Below, one piece after another: positions 62,915 to 64,000 of a stretch of DNA of 64,000 nt. Source of the stretch: Chloroflexota bacterium (GTDB taxonomy: Bacteria > Chloroflexota > Limnocylindria > P2-11E); NCBI GenBank assembly GCA_031404235.1, contig JANNHF010000143.1, positions 23,999 through 87,998 of the forward strand, written 5' to 3'. The notes under the pieces are model-generated. The model was not told the origin of the DNA. It did no database searches and saw nothing but the letters and a program-made list of their open reading frames with translations. The translations under genes and the position numbers were made by a program. How positions within the stretch are numbered: the stretch's first letter is position 1; every line of letters starts with the position of its first letter.

Positions 62915-64000
62915 TCGGTGACGTCCACCGCGACGGCGAGGATGCCCTTGCGCGTGAGCGCGAGACGCACGCCGTGCTCCACGTCGGCCGGTACGCGTCC
63001 GCCCAGCGAGCGCAGCACGTCATCTGGTACCGCGCCCCCTTCCGACGACAGCATGTCGGCGGCGTTGCGCCGCAGGTCCGGGTCCGGCGACGTCAGGTTC
63101 CGCGCGATCCGGCGGCCGAACAGGCGCCTTATGTGCCACGCGTTGTAGACATAGACGAGGGAGAGGCTTGCGCCGACGGCGAGGAGCGTTCTCACACCGA
63201 AGAAGCCGAGATCGACGGCGCGCAGACCGAGGATCAGCGAGACGGCGGCGGCCATGTTCCCGAACGCGTTCACACCCCCGGAGAGGAAGGCGCGGGCGCG
63301 TGGACGGATGGCCGCGGAGATCTGGCTGTACACCAGCTCGCTGGCCGGGCGGTGCAGCGCCGGGATCCAGATCCGTTCCCCAAGCTGCAGGGCGACGCCC
63401 GTGACGAGATTGAGGCTCCAGTACGCGGCGGCCGCGTAGGTCCCGAGGAACCACAGGGGCAGCGCAAAGAGCATCCAGGCGATGCCGATGCGCCGAAGGA
63501 GCCCGCTGGTGATGAAGCTCTGGATCGCGAGAGCCACGAGCGACGAGCTGGTGTACACGGACGCGTACAGCTGGGAGAAGAGGTCCTCGCTGCCCGTGCC
63601 CGTCGCCCCCTTTGCCGATTCCGTGTCGAGGCCGAGCAGGTACAGGAAGTTCGCGAACTGCATGAGGAAGTACCAGAAGAAGACGCCCACGCCGAAGGTG
63701 CGCAAGAGAGGGTCTGAAGTGACCGCGCGGTAGCCGTCCGTCGTCTCGCGGATCGTCGCGTTGATGCCCTGCGGCCGATGCTTGTCCTTGACCTCACCCG
63801 AGCGGCCCTCGGGCAGTCCGCGATACAGGAGGAGCGCGACGAAGCACACGAGGAATCCGACCGCCTGCGCGCCGATGAAGTTCTCGGCGTGGATGATCGG
63901 GGCGATCGCGGCACCGACGACGCCGCCGAGGATCTTCCCGACGAGTACCGAACCAGCGAAGAAGGGGAACAGCCGCTTCGACTGCTCGGCGTCGTACAGG
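62911..64000 (-). CDS. MFS-like transporter of the ATP/ADP-translocase (TLC/Npt) type, C-terminal portion (partial, continues beyond window end)
   Basis: Frame remains open upstream of the track's GTG 63849 to the window edge (…LYDAEQSKRLFPFFAGSVLVGKILGGVVGAAIAPIIHAENFIGAQAVGFLVCFVALLLY). Multiple TM helices and a C-terminal soluble tail. Confidence 0.45.
   Translation of the reverse strand, partial: LYDAEQSKRLFPFFAGSVLVGKILGGVVGAAIAPIIHAENFIGAQAVGFLVCFVALLLYRGLPEGRSGEVKDKHRPQGINATIRETTDGYRAVTSDPLLRTFGVGVFFWYFLMQFANFLYLLGLDTESAKGATGTGSEDLFSQLYASVYTSSSLVALAIQSFITSGLLRRIGIAWMLFALPLWFLGTYAAAAYWSLNLVTGVALQLGERIWIPALHRPASELVYSQISAAIRPRARAFLSGGVNAFGNMAAAVSLILGLRAVDLGFFGVRTLLAVGASLSLVYVYNAWHIRRLFGRRIARNLTSPDPDLRRNAADMLSSEGGAVPDDVLRSLGGRVPADVEHGVRLALTRKGILAVAVDVTD

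Noticed and set aside
1-64000. tRNA/rRNA genes, CRISPR arrays, IS elements, integrases, prophage or defence-island genes
   Set aside because: - No T-loop (GGTTCGAATCC-like) or cloverleaf candidates found.
- No direct-repeat arrays.
- No transposase, integrase or recombinase-like ORFs.
- Gene content is core metabolism and proteostasis, so the window does not look like a mobile or accessory island.

Overview
This 64-kb window is a high-GC (about 70 %) bacterial chromosomal segment with Actinobacteria-like or Chloroflexi-like codon usage. It is densely packed with housekeeping genes, and many adjacent genes are translationally coupled through ATGA, GTGA or TAGTG overlaps. No transposase, integrase, CRISPR array, tRNA or rRNA was seen. 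Main blocks, in order:
- Partial APC-type permease, a universal stress protein and two TrkA/KtrA-like genes.
- A standalone Hsp70-NBD (YegD-like) gene, divergent from a heat-shock cluster hspR-lon-cbpA(dnaJ-like)-clpB.
- M28 peptidase, dtd plus a methyltransferase, polX-acylphosphatase and purH.
- A three-gene MshA-like GT4 / LmbE-like deacetylase / FemAB-like acyltransferase operon.
- Glycerate kinase and glpX.
- A one-carbon and methionine block (folD, cyclodeaminase, a SAM-I riboswitch, metF, split metE).
- M20 peptidases, a HIT protein, a DEAD-box helicase and an S2P protease.
- psuG-mogA-moaC-moeA, divergent from modE-like-modABC.
- A decayed REC/GGDEF locus.
- rho, tandem M20D amidohydrolases, citrate synthase, a Na/Pi transporter, sucCD and several membrane or secreted proteins.

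The most interesting signal is two paralogous XRE-HTH + TPR regulators (13687..14997 and 24297..25616). Each is paired with a short ribosomally encoded peptide gene that has a strong Shine-Dalgarno sequence and is absent from the ORF track. One is a divergent 59-aa Sec-signal pro-peptide; the other is a 26-aa hydrophobic peptide immediately downstream. Both peptides carry a P-I-L motif near the C-terminus. This looks like an RRNPP/Rgg-SHP-type peptide quorum-sensing architecture, which would be unexpected in a high-GC genome. All identifications come from reading the sequence and recalling family motifs; no database search was run. Start coordinates inferred by hand may be off by 1 nt.
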